Of a DNA stretch of 64,000 nt, positions 31,475 through 41,497 are shown piece after piece (within the stretch, counting starts at the first letter, position 1; each line of letters opens with the position of its first letter). The notes beneath the pieces are model-generated. The model did no database searches and had not been told where the DNA came from. It worked only from the letters and a program-made list of their open reading frames with translations. Source of the stretch: Candidatus Nomurabacteria bacterium GW2011_GWC2_42_20 (GTDB lineage: Bacteria; Patescibacteriota; Minisyncoccia; Phycocordibacterales; UBA1550); assembly GCA_000998425.1 (NCBI GenBank), contig LCDG01000003.1, positions 1,619 through 65,618 of the forward strand, written 5' to 3'. Position numbers and translations under genes: made by a program.

Positions 31475-32194
31475 ATGGAACCTATTGAATTCCCAGTTCG
31501 TCTCAACCGCTATCTTGCTCACAAGGGTTACTCCACGCGCCGTGGCGCCGATGAGCTGATTACCAAAGGTTTGGTAAAAATTAATAATAAGATTGCTGTC
31601 CTAGGCGACAAGGTTGAATCTCCTGATGATATTGTTGAGGTTTCTGCTAAGGTGATTGCAAAAATTGAGGGTTCGTATCGATACCTCGCGTATTACAAGC
31701 CGAGAGGCATTTCCACGGACACACAGACAGAAGGTGAAAGCATTAAGTCGTCGCTCCCAGCACTTCGCGGACTATTCCCTCTTGGCCGTTTGGACAAGGA
31801 CTCAGAGGGACTCGTCATACTGACCAACGATGGTCGCCTGACTGATCGCGTCCTTTCACCAGACCGTGTGCACGAGAAGGAATATTTAGTAAAAGTAGAT
31901 AAAAAAATAACCGACACATTTATCCGCCATTTAGAGCGTGGCGTTTTGATAGAAACCTACAAGACCAAACCCTCAAAGGCTCGTCGCGCAGGAGAGACAC
32001 TCTTTCGAATCGTGCTCACCGAGGGGAAAAAACATCAGATCCGCCGAATGTGCGCAGCCGAAGGCTACCAAGTCCTTGAGCTCAAACGATTACGTATTAT
32101 GAACATAAAACTCGGAGACCTCAAAGAAGGCGCGTATCGAGACATCACAGGTGAAGAACTAGCTGAACTAAAGAAAAGTATAGGATTACAATAA
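31475..32194 (+). CDS. rsuA: rRNA pseudouridine synthase (RsuA/RluB family) with S4 domain
   Basis: S4 domain (VRLNRYLAHKGYSTRRGADELI) and catalytic GRLDKDSEGL motif. Confidence 0.8.
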   Translation: MEPIEFPVRLNRYLAHKGYSTRRGADELITKGLVKINNKIAVLGDKVESPDDIVEVSAKVIAKIEGSYRYLAYYKPRGISTDTQTEGESIKSSLPALRGLFPLGRLDKDSEGLVILTNDGRLTDRVLSPDRVHEKEYLVKVDKKITDTFIRHLERGVLIETYKTKPSKARRAGETLFRIVLTEGKKHQIRRMCAAEGYQVLELKRLRIMNIKLGDLKEGAYRDITGEELAELKKSIGLQ

Positions 32195-32302
32195 GAGCGG
32201 TATACCCTTATATTATGACGGCGACTCGGACGCTGTGTGTATGAGAGCACTCATCAGCACGATTCTCAATGGCATATTGACCTACTGGGTCGCTTGTCAT
32301 AA

Positions 32303-32340
32303 TAAAAAAAACACGTAATTTGTAAATTACGTGTTTTTTA
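32303..32340. terminator. bidirectional intrinsic terminator
   Basis: A8-acacgtaatt tgta aattacgtgt-T6; sits between the convergent rsuA and dgkA. Confidence 0.5.
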
Positions 32341-32682
32341 TAAATAGCTCCAAAAAATTATTGCTCCAATCACAGCTGAGACAAAACACACAATAAGAAC
32401 AAACCCTCCCATGATGTCTTTTACCTTACCGATTACAGGGTCGATGTTTGGCTCAACCTTGTTGCATAGGTCCTCGACTGCCGTGTTTAATATCTCAGCT
32501 GAGAGAACTGCACCGACACACCCGACGATAATCATCATGTCTCGCATTAAAAAATTCAGATAGTATGCTGAACACAAAACAATAACAGCAATAACTACCT
32601 CAATTCGAAAGTTTATCTCTTCACGCCACACCACACGTATGCCGTTTATTGCCCAACCAAAGCTCTTAGGTATTTTATCCAT
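32338..32682 (-). CDS. dgkA: diacylglycerol/undecaprenol kinase DgkA family
   Basis: Start trimmed to the internal M (MDKIPKSFGWAINGIRVV...). Three TM helices and the DgkA motif LNTAVEDLCN; trimming removes the overlap with the upstream gene. Confidence 0.65.
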   Translation of the reverse strand: MDKIPKSFGWAINGIRVVWREEINFRIEVVIAVIVLCSAYYLNFLMRDMMIIVGCVGAVLSAEILNTAVEDLCNKVEPNIDPVIGKVKDIMGGFVLIVCFVSAVIGAIIFWSYL

Positions 32683-32708
32683 ATTCAATTGATTATAACA
32701 AATATCAT

Positions 32709-33110
32709 TTAAAATTCCTGGTGCTGACCTTGCTTTGCCTCCCATTCTGCCACCATGCTTTCGCCCATTCCAAGATAATGCGCGACTTCATGAAGAACGG
32801 TTTCGCGGACAACCGTGCGGACGAGTTTTGTGTCTCCTGATGCAGCCCTCTCGGTTGGGCCCTGGTAGATTGTTATCACATCCGGAAGCGTCATGCCTAC
32901 GCCATAGTTATCTCCGCGCGCTGTAAGCGGAATGCCTTTGTACAATCCTAGGAGATCCTGCTCTTTTGTTAAATGGTTCTCGCCACGCACATCTATAGAC
33001 ACTTCATACTCAACAACAAAGACAACGTTTTTAATTTTATTGCGAAAGTGTAGTGGGATTTTTTCAACCTCGTCGATGACAATTTGTTCGAATTCTCCGC
33101 GTGGTATCAT
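32709..33110 (-). CDS. zincin-like metallopeptidase (DUF1025-like)
   Basis: HEVAHYLG HExxH motif near the C-terminus in a roughly 130-aa protein. Confidence 0.4.
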   Translation of the reverse strand: MIPRGEFEQIVIDEVEKIPLHFRNKIKNVVFVVEYEVSIDVRGENHLTKEQDLLGLYKGIPLTARGDNYGVGMTLPDVITIYQGPTERAASGDTKLVRTVVRETVLHEVAHYLGMGESMVAEWEAKQGQHQEF

Positions 33111-33163
33111 TATCAGGAAAGTATATCATCACTTTTGTGTATCAGGAAACAGTGTACTATTTC

Positions 33164-34003
33164 TTATAAATTGTTACGGAAAAAATCATTAATCCTTTTT
33201 TTGTACGTTTCCTCAAATACGCCGTGAGTAAGATTTTCTTGAAACCAAAATTCTGCACGTGAGTTCCCTCTCAGTGCTTCCTGAAGCAGGAGAGCATTCT
33301 TGAATGGAATTACCTCATCGTCTTTTGAGTGAATAATTAGAATGGGGACTTGAATATTTTTTACTGCATCTATTGGTGCTACTTTGTTTATATTGATACC
33401 AATAAACAATTTGGCCCAAAGCTCGGTGAGCCACGCGAGTGGGTAATCAAGGAATGGCAGACGATAAAGTTCCCGAGCCATCAAATCTAGTCGTGCATAC
33501 CCTGCTTCAGAAATAACGGCTTTTATTTCTGGTGTTTGTGATGCCGCCATAAGCGCAACAGCACCACCCATTGAAAAACCAAAAACTCCTATCTCTGTAA
33601 TGCCACGTGATTCCAAATATTTTATTGCCTCAACAAGATCGTCTGTTTCTTTTGCGCCAGCGGTAGAATACGATCCTTCGCTTTGTCCAAAATAACGAAA
33701 ATCAAATAAAAATAAATTATATCTATCATTCAAAAAAGCCAATGAAGGGAGAATGTCCCCTTTGTCGGCAGGATATCCATGAAGAAGCACGATTGTTTTA
33801 GCACCATTCTCTGCTTTCTTACTTGGAATAAACCAGCCCGAGAGTGTAAGCCCATCTTCTGTATTAAAGGTTGTCTCTTCGTATGTGAGACCGATATCAC
33901 TCGGTGTGATCATTGAATGTATTTTGGGTGGTCGAATCGATATAAGAAATCCCCACAATGAAATAACGAGAACGGATGCTAGAATAATGAGAATAATTTT
34001 CAT
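33164..34003 (-). CDS. alpha/beta hydrolase (membrane-anchored)
   Basis: N-terminal TM helix, GFSMGG nucleophile elbow, Asp/His later. Confidence 0.7.
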   Translation of the reverse strand: MKIILIILASVLVISLWGFLISIRPPKIHSMITPSDIGLTYEETTFNTEDGLTLSGWFIPSKKAENGAKTIVLLHGYPADKGDILPSLAFLNDRYNLFLFDFRYFGQSEGSYSTAGAKETDDLVEAIKYLESRGITEIGVFGFSMGGAVALMAASQTPEIKAVISEAGYARLDLMARELYRLPFLDYPLAWLTELWAKLFIGININKVAPIDAVKNIQVPILIIHSKDDEVIPFKNALLLQEALRGNSRAEFWFQENLTHGVFEETYKKRINDFFRNNL

Positions 34004-36717
34004 TGTGGTATTTCCTTATGGCGCGTCACATCAATATACATTCTGTAGAAAAACTTTCGTATTTCCTCAGCAACAATAATAGACGATGCGATAACAAATA
34101 TTGCACCCCATTCTGGAATAGAGAGTGGCGTTGTGTGCAAAATCTTTTGACCAAAGCTAGTGTATAGTGCAAATATTTGGAGCAAAATAACAATTGTAAG
34201 CGCCCCAAGTAGATAAATATTTGAGAATGGATTCATTTGAAAAATTGATAATTTGTGCGATCGACAATTCAGCGCATTCATCCATTGAAATACTGCGAGG
34301 AGTGTAAGAGATATTGTCCACGCTTTCATCGGATCTCCAAATGCATAATTCCCAAAGAGATACACTGTTCCTATTGCCATCACACTTGCCATAATAATGA
34401 TACGAGCTGTCATAAGCCGATCTACAAGCCTCCGAGAATCTCTAGATCGCTTTTCTAGTAGTAACTCTTTATCTTTTGGCTCCATAGCAAGTGAAACATC
34501 AAGAAACCCGTCGGTCACAAAATTTAGCCAAATAATTTGCGCAGGCAGTATAGGCACCATATATCCCATAACTATGGCACCAGCAATCGTCAGAACCTCT
34601 CCTGCGCCTGTTGAAAATAGATATAAAATAACCCTTTTAATAGTTTTATATATACTTCTTCCCTCCTCGATTGCTGAAATAATACTATTCATATTATCAT
34701 CAAGAAGCACAATGTCTGACGCTGATTTTGCGACCTCTGTACCAATCACACCCATTGAGACGCCAAGATCAGCCGCAGTTAGCGAAGGAGCGTCATTTAC
34801 GCCATCGCCAGTCATTGCAATGGTATTCCCATTAGCCTTAAATGCGCGAATAATGCGAAGCTTATGTTCGGGGGTGACGCGAGCAAACACAGATACAGTT
34901 GCTATAACATCAGCAAGCTCAATGTCAGACAATAGATCCATTTCCCTTCCTGTTAAAATTTTGTCTCCTTCATGGAAAATCCCAGCATCAACTGCTATAG
35001 AGTGCGCAGTGATACGATGATCCCCAGTAATCATTACTGTGCGAACACCTGCCCGAGCGGCATGCAATATTGTAGAGGCAGCCTCAATGCGAAGCGCATC
35101 GTGCATGCCAAGAAAACCCACAAACGTCGCGCATGGAGGATTGCCAGCACTAGGTAATTCATTTACTCCAATAAGTGTGGCCAACGCAATAACCCGAAGC
35201 CCCTCCTTAGACATTCCAATCATCACGGATTCAATCTGCTGGCGCATCTCAGCATCAAGCCTGATACTATTGCCATCACGCCATACTGTGTCACAAAAAT
35301 CCAACACTATCTCAGGCGCGCCAGAAAGCGATAGAGTGCTTGTATCACCAGTTTTATTCAGCACAGCATGATATTTTAAATTGTAATCAAATGGCAACTC
35401 TGCAATGACAGGTGATTCATTCTCAAGAATATCCTTATGAAACCCAAGCTTTTGTGAAAGAACAAGCATGGCTGCTTCTGTCGGATCCCCAGAAATGTTC
35501 CATCGTTTATCTTCTTCATTAAAGAAGACGTGTGCATTTGCGCACAAAGAGGATATTTTACCAACAGCTAGCAGATCTTGATGATTAGCCACCTCGATGC
35601 GAACCCCGTCTAAAATGACATCTCCATGCGATTCGTACCCTACTCCACTTATGTCAAAAAACCTGCTATTTGTATAAATTTTTTGAACCACCATTTCATT
35701 TTTTGTGAGCGTTCCAGTCTTATCTACAGCAAGTATATTTATTTGTCCAAGTGCTTCTACTGCCTGCATTCTCTTTACAAGCGCATTTTGTTTACCCATT
35801 CGCCATACACCAGTTGCTAGAACAATAGTTAGAACGATAGGCAGACCCTCAGGAATAACAGATACCGAGAGAGCAACAACAGTTAGAAACATTTCTGTTG
35901 GCGCTCTTCCTGAGATAACCCCAATGACAAAAAGCAATAATGCTACAACTGCCGTAACATATATGATTAGTCTCGCTAAATGATCTATCTCAATTTTAAG
36001 TGGTACATCTGTGCTAATCGCAGAAATCTCTTTTGCGATAACCCCTATTTCAGTATTAATCCCAGTTCCAACAACAATGGCGCGCCCTGAACCTACGGAA
36101 ATATTCGTACCCTTGAAAAGCATGTTGCGTCTATCGGCAACATCTAGACCCTCCCACGTAGGCGTTTCAGATGATTTACGTGTCGGAGTCGACTCCCCAG
36201 TAAGTGTTGCTTCGTCTACTCTTAGGTTCCGCACCGAGATAATACGCGCATCTGCAGGGACCCTCTCCCCTTCTTGCACAATGAGAATATCGCCAGGAAC
36301 AATCTCATTATCTGGAATAATTACTTCTCTTCCATCACGCAAAACAGTTGCTTTAGTTTCTACAAATTTTTGCAGACTAGCGAGCGTATTCTGAGCGCGA
36401 CCTTCCTGAACAGAGCCAATAACTGCATTTATAATCAGCACAGCAAAGATAACCCCAGCGTCAATCGCTTCTCCGAGAATAAGTACTGCTCCACCAGCCG
36501 CAATGAGCACATATATTAGAGGGCTCTGAAATTGCCTCAGAAATACTTTAGCTAAACTATCTGGTTTTGTCTCAGGTAGTTTATTTTCACCGTATTTTTT
36601 AATACGAACCAACACCTCATCACTACTCAATCCATGCTCGTCAGTTTCAAGCAACCTAAAGACGTCTTCAACAGATTGTGTATGCCACACTTGCCGTTTT
36701 TTCAAGGGCTCGCTCAT
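34000..36717 (-). CDS. P-type cation-transporting ATPase (P2-type, Ca2+/Mg2+-like)
   Basis: DKTGTLT phosphorylation motif, TGES, GDGVNDAPSL, and about 10 TM helices; 905 aa. Confidence 0.9.
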   Translation of the reverse strand: MSEPLKKRQVWHTQSVEDVFRLLETDEHGLSSDEVLVRIKKYGENKLPETKPDSLAKVFLRQFQSPLIYVLIAAGGAVLILGEAIDAGVIFAVLIINAVIGSVQEGRAQNTLASLQKFVETKATVLRDGREVIIPDNEIVPGDILIVQEGERVPADARIISVRNLRVDEATLTGESTPTRKSSETPTWEGLDVADRRNMLFKGTNISVGSGRAIVVGTGINTEIGVIAKEISAISTDVPLKIEIDHLARLIIYVTAVVALLLFVIGVISGRAPTEMFLTVVALSVSVIPEGLPIVLTIVLATGVWRMGKQNALVKRMQAVEALGQINILAVDKTGTLTKNEMVVQKIYTNSRFFDISGVGYESHGDVILDGVRIEVANHQDLLAVGKISSLCANAHVFFNEEDKRWNISGDPTEAAMLVLSQKLGFHKDILENESPVIAELPFDYNLKYHAVLNKTGDTSTLSLSGAPEIVLDFCDTVWRDGNSIRLDAEMRQQIESVMIGMSKEGLRVIALATLIGVNELPSAGNPPCATFVGFLGMHDALRIEAASTILHAARAGVRTVMITGDHRITAHSIAVDAGIFHEGDKILTGREMDLLSDIELADVIATVSVFARVTPEHKLRIIRAFKANGNTIAMTGDGVNDAPSLTAADLGVSMGVIGTEVAKSASDIVLLDDNMNSIISAIEEGRSIYKTIKRVILYLFSTGAGEVLTIAGAIVMGYMVPILPAQIIWLNFVTDGFLDVSLAMEPKDKELLLEKRSRDSRRLVDRLMTARIIIMASVMAIGTVYLFGNYAFGDPMKAWTISLTLLAVFQWMNALNCRSHKLSIFQMNPFSNIYLLGALTIVILLQIFALYTSFGQKILHTTPLSIPEWGAIFVIASSIIVAEEIRKFFYRMYIDVTRHKEIPQ

Positions 36718-36737
36718 TACTATTCATTATAGCAAAT

Positions 36738-37187
36738 TTACTTTTTGATTGTGTTGATTACAAAATCTAAAACTGCCTCACCGTGTCCTTCTGGTTTTAC
36801 ATTTTCCCAAATGTGAACAATGGTCCCTTCTTTGTCTATTAGAAATGTTGTTCTGGCGACACCTGTAAGTGACCATACGCCAAGTGCGTCTAAGAGCTCG
36901 TGCTTTGTATCTGCCCAGAGCGAAAACTGAAGTTCGTGGTGTTCCGCAAATTTTTTGTGAGATTCCTCACTGTCTGGACTAACTCCCACAACTGCAACAC
37001 CAATCTCTTTAAACTTTCCATGTGCGTCGCGGATACTGCACGCCTCCTTCACACATCCTGGAGTTTCGTCCATAGGGTATGCGTATAAAACGACATACGA
37101 ACCCAGAAGGTCACGCAAGGAAACCAACACCCCCTTGTTGTCCAGGACCAAAATATCTATCGGCGCTTTTTCTCCTTTTTTTATCAT
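36738..37187 (-). CDS. bcp: peroxiredoxin Bcp (thiol peroxidase)
   Basis: AhpC/TSA fold with peroxidatic Cys in PGCVKEAC. Confidence 0.85.
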   Translation of the reverse strand: MIKKGEKAPIDILVLDNKGVLVSLRDLLGSYVVLYAYPMDETPGCVKEACSIRDAHGKFKEIGVAVVGVSPDSEESHKKFAEHHELQFSLWADTKHELLDALGVWSLTGVARTTFLIDKEGTIVHIWENVKPEGHGEAVLDFVINTIKK

Positions 37188-37240
37188 CTGTTAAGTATAC
37201 CACCAAAAAAAGAATACGACACAACCTATATATAATAAAT

Positions 37241-37495
37241 CTATGTAGGTTGTGAATTTATGAAATCCGTCTTTTCCACCCTGCTCCACCTTTTGAACTC
37301 CGCTTCACGGGCGCGCGCGACGCCAAAGCCTTGAACCTCTTCTGAATATCTCAAAACAACGGGTCTGCGAATTTTTGTATAATGCGCGCCACTTTTTAGA
37401 TTATTGTGGGAATGCAGCCTCTTTTCAAGATTACTAGTGCTCCCCACATAAAATGTCCCATCGGCACATTCAAGGATATATACAAAGTGCGACAT
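37241..37495 (-). CDS. GIY-YIG nuclease family protein
   Basis: [28 protein letters not shown] is the canonical GIY-YIG domain; 84 aa. Confidence 0.8.
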   Translation of the reverse strand: MSHFVYILECADGTFYVGSTSNLEKRLHSHNNLKSGAHYTKIRRPVVLRYSEEVQGFGVARAREAEFKRWSRVEKTDFINSQPT

Positions 37496-37508
37496 TGGTG
37501 TACAGCTT

Positions 37509-37922
37509 TTATTTTAGACCGTGCTCATGAAAACATTCAACATACTTGCGGTCTTCTCCTAAAATATGCCCTGTCCACCAACTCCCTAGGTAATCCATTA
37601 AATCAAACGGTAACGTGTTTGACTCGTTTGATTCATATGATTTTGAAAATTGAGCTATTTTTTCTTTATATGCATCGTGTGACTTTGTGTGCGGGACCTT
37701 GTCTACGTAATTAAATTCCTCAAAGTGTTTTTCTTCTGTGGAAAAATGGTAATCTGCGTAATCAGTGAGTTCTTTGAGGATCGTTTGCATTTCTTCCTTT
37801 TCTGTAGATGCCCGCATTGCATTATAAAGCTTATTTATAATGCCAATTAATTTTTGATGCTGTGGATCAATTTCTGAAATACCAAGATTATAAGACTCTC
37901 TCCATGCAATCAAATCGTTCAT
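37509..37922 (-). CDS. hemerythrin-like (bacteriohemerythrin)
   Basis: Repeated H..E/HxxxE iron-ligand pattern ([33 protein letters not shown]). Confidence 0.8.
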   Translation of the reverse strand: MNDLIAWRESYNLGISEIDPQHQKLIGIINKLYNAMRASTEKEEMQTILKELTDYADYHFSTEEKHFEEFNYVDKVPHTKSHDAYKEKIAQFSKSYESNESNTLPFDLMDYLGSWWTGHILGEDRKYVECFHEHGLK

Positions 37923-37983
37923 TTTATTTATTATTTATTATTTAGAACAATTGTATCACATCATTTACATAAACAAAGCTTGT

Positions 37984-39483
37984 TCAGTTCATTTCCTTGT
38001 AGAGCTTTTCCCAAATAGCGTACATGGCATACGTATCTAGTCCGCAATAAACCTTTAAATCATTTGCAATCTCCGCACTCCGCTCTAGGCTTGTTCCAGA
38101 CGCAAGCATTTCCCACCATGCATTTGACGCCTGACCACCCTCCTTTATGCCGAGATCCTTATACGAAAGCTCTGGCACAAGAGCTGGTAAAACTTTTTTT
38201 ATTGACGTGCTTCCGCGAAATTCGGGGTGTACAAAATGCTGTTTTTTGAACACATCCATCAGATCATAGAGCATACTGTTCACACGCTCCATCGTAGCCT
38301 TGTGCTGTGGCATACGCAATGCAAGCTCTCTGTTCACACCGGCTTCAAACGATTTATTCCATGCAATGACTGTCCCCACTACGCCGATATGTTCTTCTAA
38401 GAGTTGCGCGACACGTTCCGACGGATCGCTCATTTCCTCGTGCAAATATTCCACGTGTTTCATTTCTGCCCCTGACTTCTCTAGAATATGAAGGGAGAAT
38501 TGGAATGGGATTCTTTGATACGGACTGTAGCCGTCAAAAGCAGGTATCGCAGGTGCGTAAGTTTCATAATCAAAAAAATAAAGTGGAAATTTGAGATCCT
38601 TCAATTCTTCGCTAATGCCGTTGCTGTCTATAATAGACTTCCCTTTTCGATGTACGGCAATTTGGTTTATCTGAATATCTGAAAACTCCATATCCTCTGG
38701 GACATTTTCAATATCAAAAATTCTTGAATCAATCAACGTTTCCAGTTTTCGCTTACTGCTACCAATACGTGAAATGTCATGCACTGAATAGTCAGGGACC
38801 TCTGGGTTTGAATATTTAAATGTGGTGCAGTGCTTACTTCTACCATTATAGATACACTCGCAGCCACCAACTGGTTCCTTCTTGCATGTTAAATACTCCT
38901 TCGCGGTTTTCATTTGCTCTTCAACGATTGGAAGCCCTGCAAGAACTTTTTCTGTCTGCTCCTCAATTAAAAATAATTCAGGGATATTAAGCGCGCCAAA
39001 ACGCACGTAGTCCTTGTTCAGATGCACTAGAAAATATCGTCCAACAGGAACATCTGCGCGACTAAGCACAGACGCCTGAAATGTAAGATCATCGATATGG
39101 TTGTGGTCAGTCCCGCCCTCTTTGAGCGAGTTTGTGCCCTTTATTTCGTACAAATCCCAACAACCATTTTTTTCATCCCACACGAGCGCGTCGTTACGTG
39201 CAATAAATCCGTCTACAATAAACGTGGCCTGAAAAATGGCTGGAACTTTCGATGCCATAAAGCGCGCTGTTTCCTCTACGGCGCTTTCACCGGTCTCTAC
39301 AACCTCTATCCCACCAGGAAAAAGATTTCTGGCGTATGATTCCACCTCGTTCCCCTGCTCCATCAAATTCTGCTCAAATGCAGACATTTCAAATTTTTCA
39401 AAAAGCTCTGGCTTATGTAATTTTAGCCAGGTATTTTTCGGACAAAAAACATAGTCAAGAAATGTAGTTTTAGATATTATCAT
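37984..39483 (-). CDS. DUF2779-like protein (RecB/Cas4-like PD-(D/E)xK N-domain + RNase H-like C-domain)
   Basis: N-terminal TTFLDYVFCPKNTWLK and D...EIK; C-terminal FFDYETYAPAIP exonuclease-like motif; Cys cluster GGCECIYNGRSKHC. Confidence 0.5.
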   Translation of the reverse strand: MIISKTTFLDYVFCPKNTWLKLHKPELFEKFEMSAFEQNLMEQGNEVESYARNLFPGGIEVVETGESAVEETARFMASKVPAIFQATFIVDGFIARNDALVWDEKNGCWDLYEIKGTNSLKEGGTDHNHIDDLTFQASVLSRADVPVGRYFLVHLNKDYVRFGALNIPELFLIEEQTEKVLAGLPIVEEQMKTAKEYLTCKKEPVGGCECIYNGRSKHCTTFKYSNPEVPDYSVHDISRIGSSKRKLETLIDSRIFDIENVPEDMEFSDIQINQIAVHRKGKSIIDSNGISEELKDLKFPLYFFDYETYAPAIPAFDGYSPYQRIPFQFSLHILEKSGAEMKHVEYLHEEMSDPSERVAQLLEEHIGVVGTVIAWNKSFEAGVNRELALRMPQHKATMERVNSMLYDLMDVFKKQHFVHPEFRGSTSIKKVLPALVPELSYKDLGIKEGGQASNAWWEMLASGTSLERSAEIANDLKVYCGLDTYAMYAIWEKLYKEMN

Positions 39484-39528
39484 TTCCTCATTCTATCATA
39501 AACAAAAAAACACTCTATTGAGTGCTCT

Positions 39529-39756
39529 TTATTCAGAATTTCTGGGAAGCCAGTCCATTAGCTTTTTGCGATGCTGATCGAGGGACCAAAGGTCGCCATG
39601 TGTAAAGAGAGCAGTGTGCGCATCTCTAAATTTTTGCAGAAGCGCTGATGTGGCTTTGGGCCAACCAGCTGGCATATTTTTATTATAAGACTCAAGAAAT
39701 TCTGATACAGATATCAAAACAGGGGCTTCCTTCATGTTTTTCTTTTGTCCGAGCAT
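39529..39756 (-). CDS. hypothetical protein
   Basis: 75-aa ORF, no recognisable domain. Confidence 0.3.
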   Translation of the reverse strand: MLGQKKNMKEAPVLISVSEFLESYNKNMPAGWPKATSALLQKFRDAHTALFTHGDLWSLDQHRKKLMDWLPRNSE

Positions 39757-39793
39757 CTATTCATAATACCACAAAAAATCCTTAAAAACAAGC

Positions 39794-40597
39794 TTAAAAT
39801 AGATTTCGCAAAAGGCTCACAATTGTAATCGGCCCAACACCCCCCGGAACTGGGGTTATAAACGAAGCCTTACTCTCGCAAGCTGGGTCAATGTCACCAA
39901 CGAGTTTTCCTGCTTGCTCGCTTGTGCCTGCGTCTATTAAGACCACGCCATCTTTTATCATCTCTGGTTTGATGTCATGAGGGACGCCAATCCCAGAAAT
40001 AATAATGTCCGCGTTTTTATACAAAGCAAGTTTTCCTTTTTCACTTGTTTTTATATCAACAACATCATGCGGAACCTTCATTCGCTTAAGCATCAAATGC
40101 ACGGGCTCGCCAACAAGTCGCCCCTGCCCAACCACAACAATTTTCTTGCCTAAGAGTTTAATATTGCATGACTCTAGTATCTCGCGTACAGCCTGCGCGA
40201 CGGGTGGAGTCCTGTCTATTTCTCCTTTTGCATAGCTTTCTTTTGCAATCGTTCCAAGAACGTCAATATCCTTGTGTGGCGGGACTACGTCAAGCACAGT
40301 TTGCGTGTCTATCCCTGCTGTAAAAGGAAGCTGTGCGACTATTCCATCATAATCCTTTTCTCCGAGCTCGCGCACAATTTCTACAGCATCCTCTGTATTT
40401 TTAGTGTCTGGATATTTTTTAACATCTACTGCAACTCCCACACGCTCCGCGACGCGTGACTTCATTTTTACAAATTGCTCTGTCGCGCCATTGCCTCCAA
40501 ACACTACAAAGCAAACCTTTTTAGGTACAGAAAACAACAGCTCTGTGGACAGCTTTTCTTCCAACGATTTTGCGATTTTGTTACCATCAACAAGCAT
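39794..40597 (-). CDS. folD: bifunctional methylenetetrahydrofolate dehydrogenase/cyclohydrolase
   Basis: VVVGQGRLVGEPV NAD(P)-binding motif and PGGVGPITIVSLLRN C-terminal motif. Confidence 0.9.
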   Translation of the reverse strand: MLVDGNKIAKSLEEKLSTELLFSVPKKVCFVVFGGNGATEQFVKMKSRVAERVGVAVDVKKYPDTKNTEDAVEIVRELGEKDYDGIVAQLPFTAGIDTQTVLDVVPPHKDIDVLGTIAKESYAKGEIDRTPPVAQAVREILESCNIKLLGKKIVVVGQGRLVGEPVHLMLKRMKVPHDVVDIKTSEKGKLALYKNADIIISGIGVPHDIKPEMIKDGVVLIDAGTSEQAGKLVGDIDPACESKASFITPVPGGVGPITIVSLLRNLF

Positions 40598-40604
40598 TAT
40601 TATT

Positions 40605-40991
40605 TTACTCTGTTGTCACTCCGTCAAAATGTTCCTCTTGCTCATCTGACTTGGTTTGGTGTATCGTACCGTCTTTGTGCTCAGCTGGTGAGTAAATACT
40701 ATAGAGCTTGAGATGTGTGCCGCCAGTGTTAATAACATTATGTTTTGTCCCCTGCGGAATCACCACCGCAAATCCATCAGAAACATTATGCTCTACTCCA
40801 TCAAGAATTACTTTGCCCTCCCCTTTTTCAAAACGTAGGAACTGATCTAGGTGGTGTGTTTCCTCTCCAATCTCATCTCCAGGCGCAATACTCATCAGCA
40901 CAAGCTGACTGTTTTTTGCCGTATGGAGCACTCGACGATAATCAGTGTTCTCCAGAGTCGCCTTTTCAATATTTGTAATATATCCTTTCAT
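40605..40991 (-). CDS. cupin-domain protein
   Basis: Cupin motifs G(X)5HxH-like HHLDQFLRFEKGEG and GTKHNVINTG. Confidence 0.7.
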   Translation of the reverse strand: MKGYITNIEKATLENTDYRRVLHTAKNSQLVLMSIAPGDEIGEETHHLDQFLRFEKGEGKVILDGVEHNVSDGFAVVIPQGTKHNVINTGGTHLKLYSIYSPAEHKDGTIHQTKSDEQEEHFDGVTTE

Positions 40992-41012
40992 ATCAAAATT
41001 GTACCATATTTA

Positions 41013-41047
41013 TATTACAAGAAAAAAGACGGTTCCTTAAGGAACCG
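41013..41047 (-). terminator. intrinsic terminator downstream of GC-rich ORF
   Basis: agacggttcc ttaa ggaaccgtct; on the minus strand it is followed by ttttttc. Confidence 0.5.
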
Positions 41048-41071
41048 TCTTGGTTTTACTGCACGCTGTGC

Positions 41072-41371
41072 TTAGTGCCCTGGAGCCTTGACGTCGTAGC
41101 CAATGCCGGCCAGGATTTGGACCGCCGCGACTTCGAACTCGCCCATTGTGGTCGAGAACGTCGGACCGCCGCTACCGTTTTGGATCAGGATGGTGTCGTC
41201 GATTTTCGTCGTCTTCAGGCTATTGACCTTTTGGCCATTTGCCGTCACACCATGGTGATGGTCCCACTTGTTGTCGGGGATATCCTGCGGGTTAACGCGG
41301 GCCATGAGGCCACCCTTGAGAATGACCGGAACGGTTTGGGTACGTTTGTTTCCCTGAATTGCAGTTTTCAT
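41072..41371 (-). CDS. hypothetical protein in a short GC-rich segment
   Basis: 99-aa ORF in a roughly 310-bp stretch of about 55% GC, against about 40% in flanking DNA. It has its own downstream terminator; no recognisable domain (HHHG, GSGGP). Confidence 0.45.
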   Translation of the reverse strand: MKTAIQGNKRTQTVPVILKGGLMARVNPQDIPDNKWDHHHGVTANGQKVNSLKTTKIDDTILIQNGSGGPTFSTTMGEFEVAAVQILAGIGYDVKAPGH

Positions 41372-41497
41372 AAAAACTCCTTATTGGTTGAAAGAACATT
41401 CACTTATGCCACACGACAAAAATGAAATCGACCCAGAAAAGGTCGATTCGGATATAGTACACTATTCACAAAAAATGTCAAATTTTCCTACAAGTGT

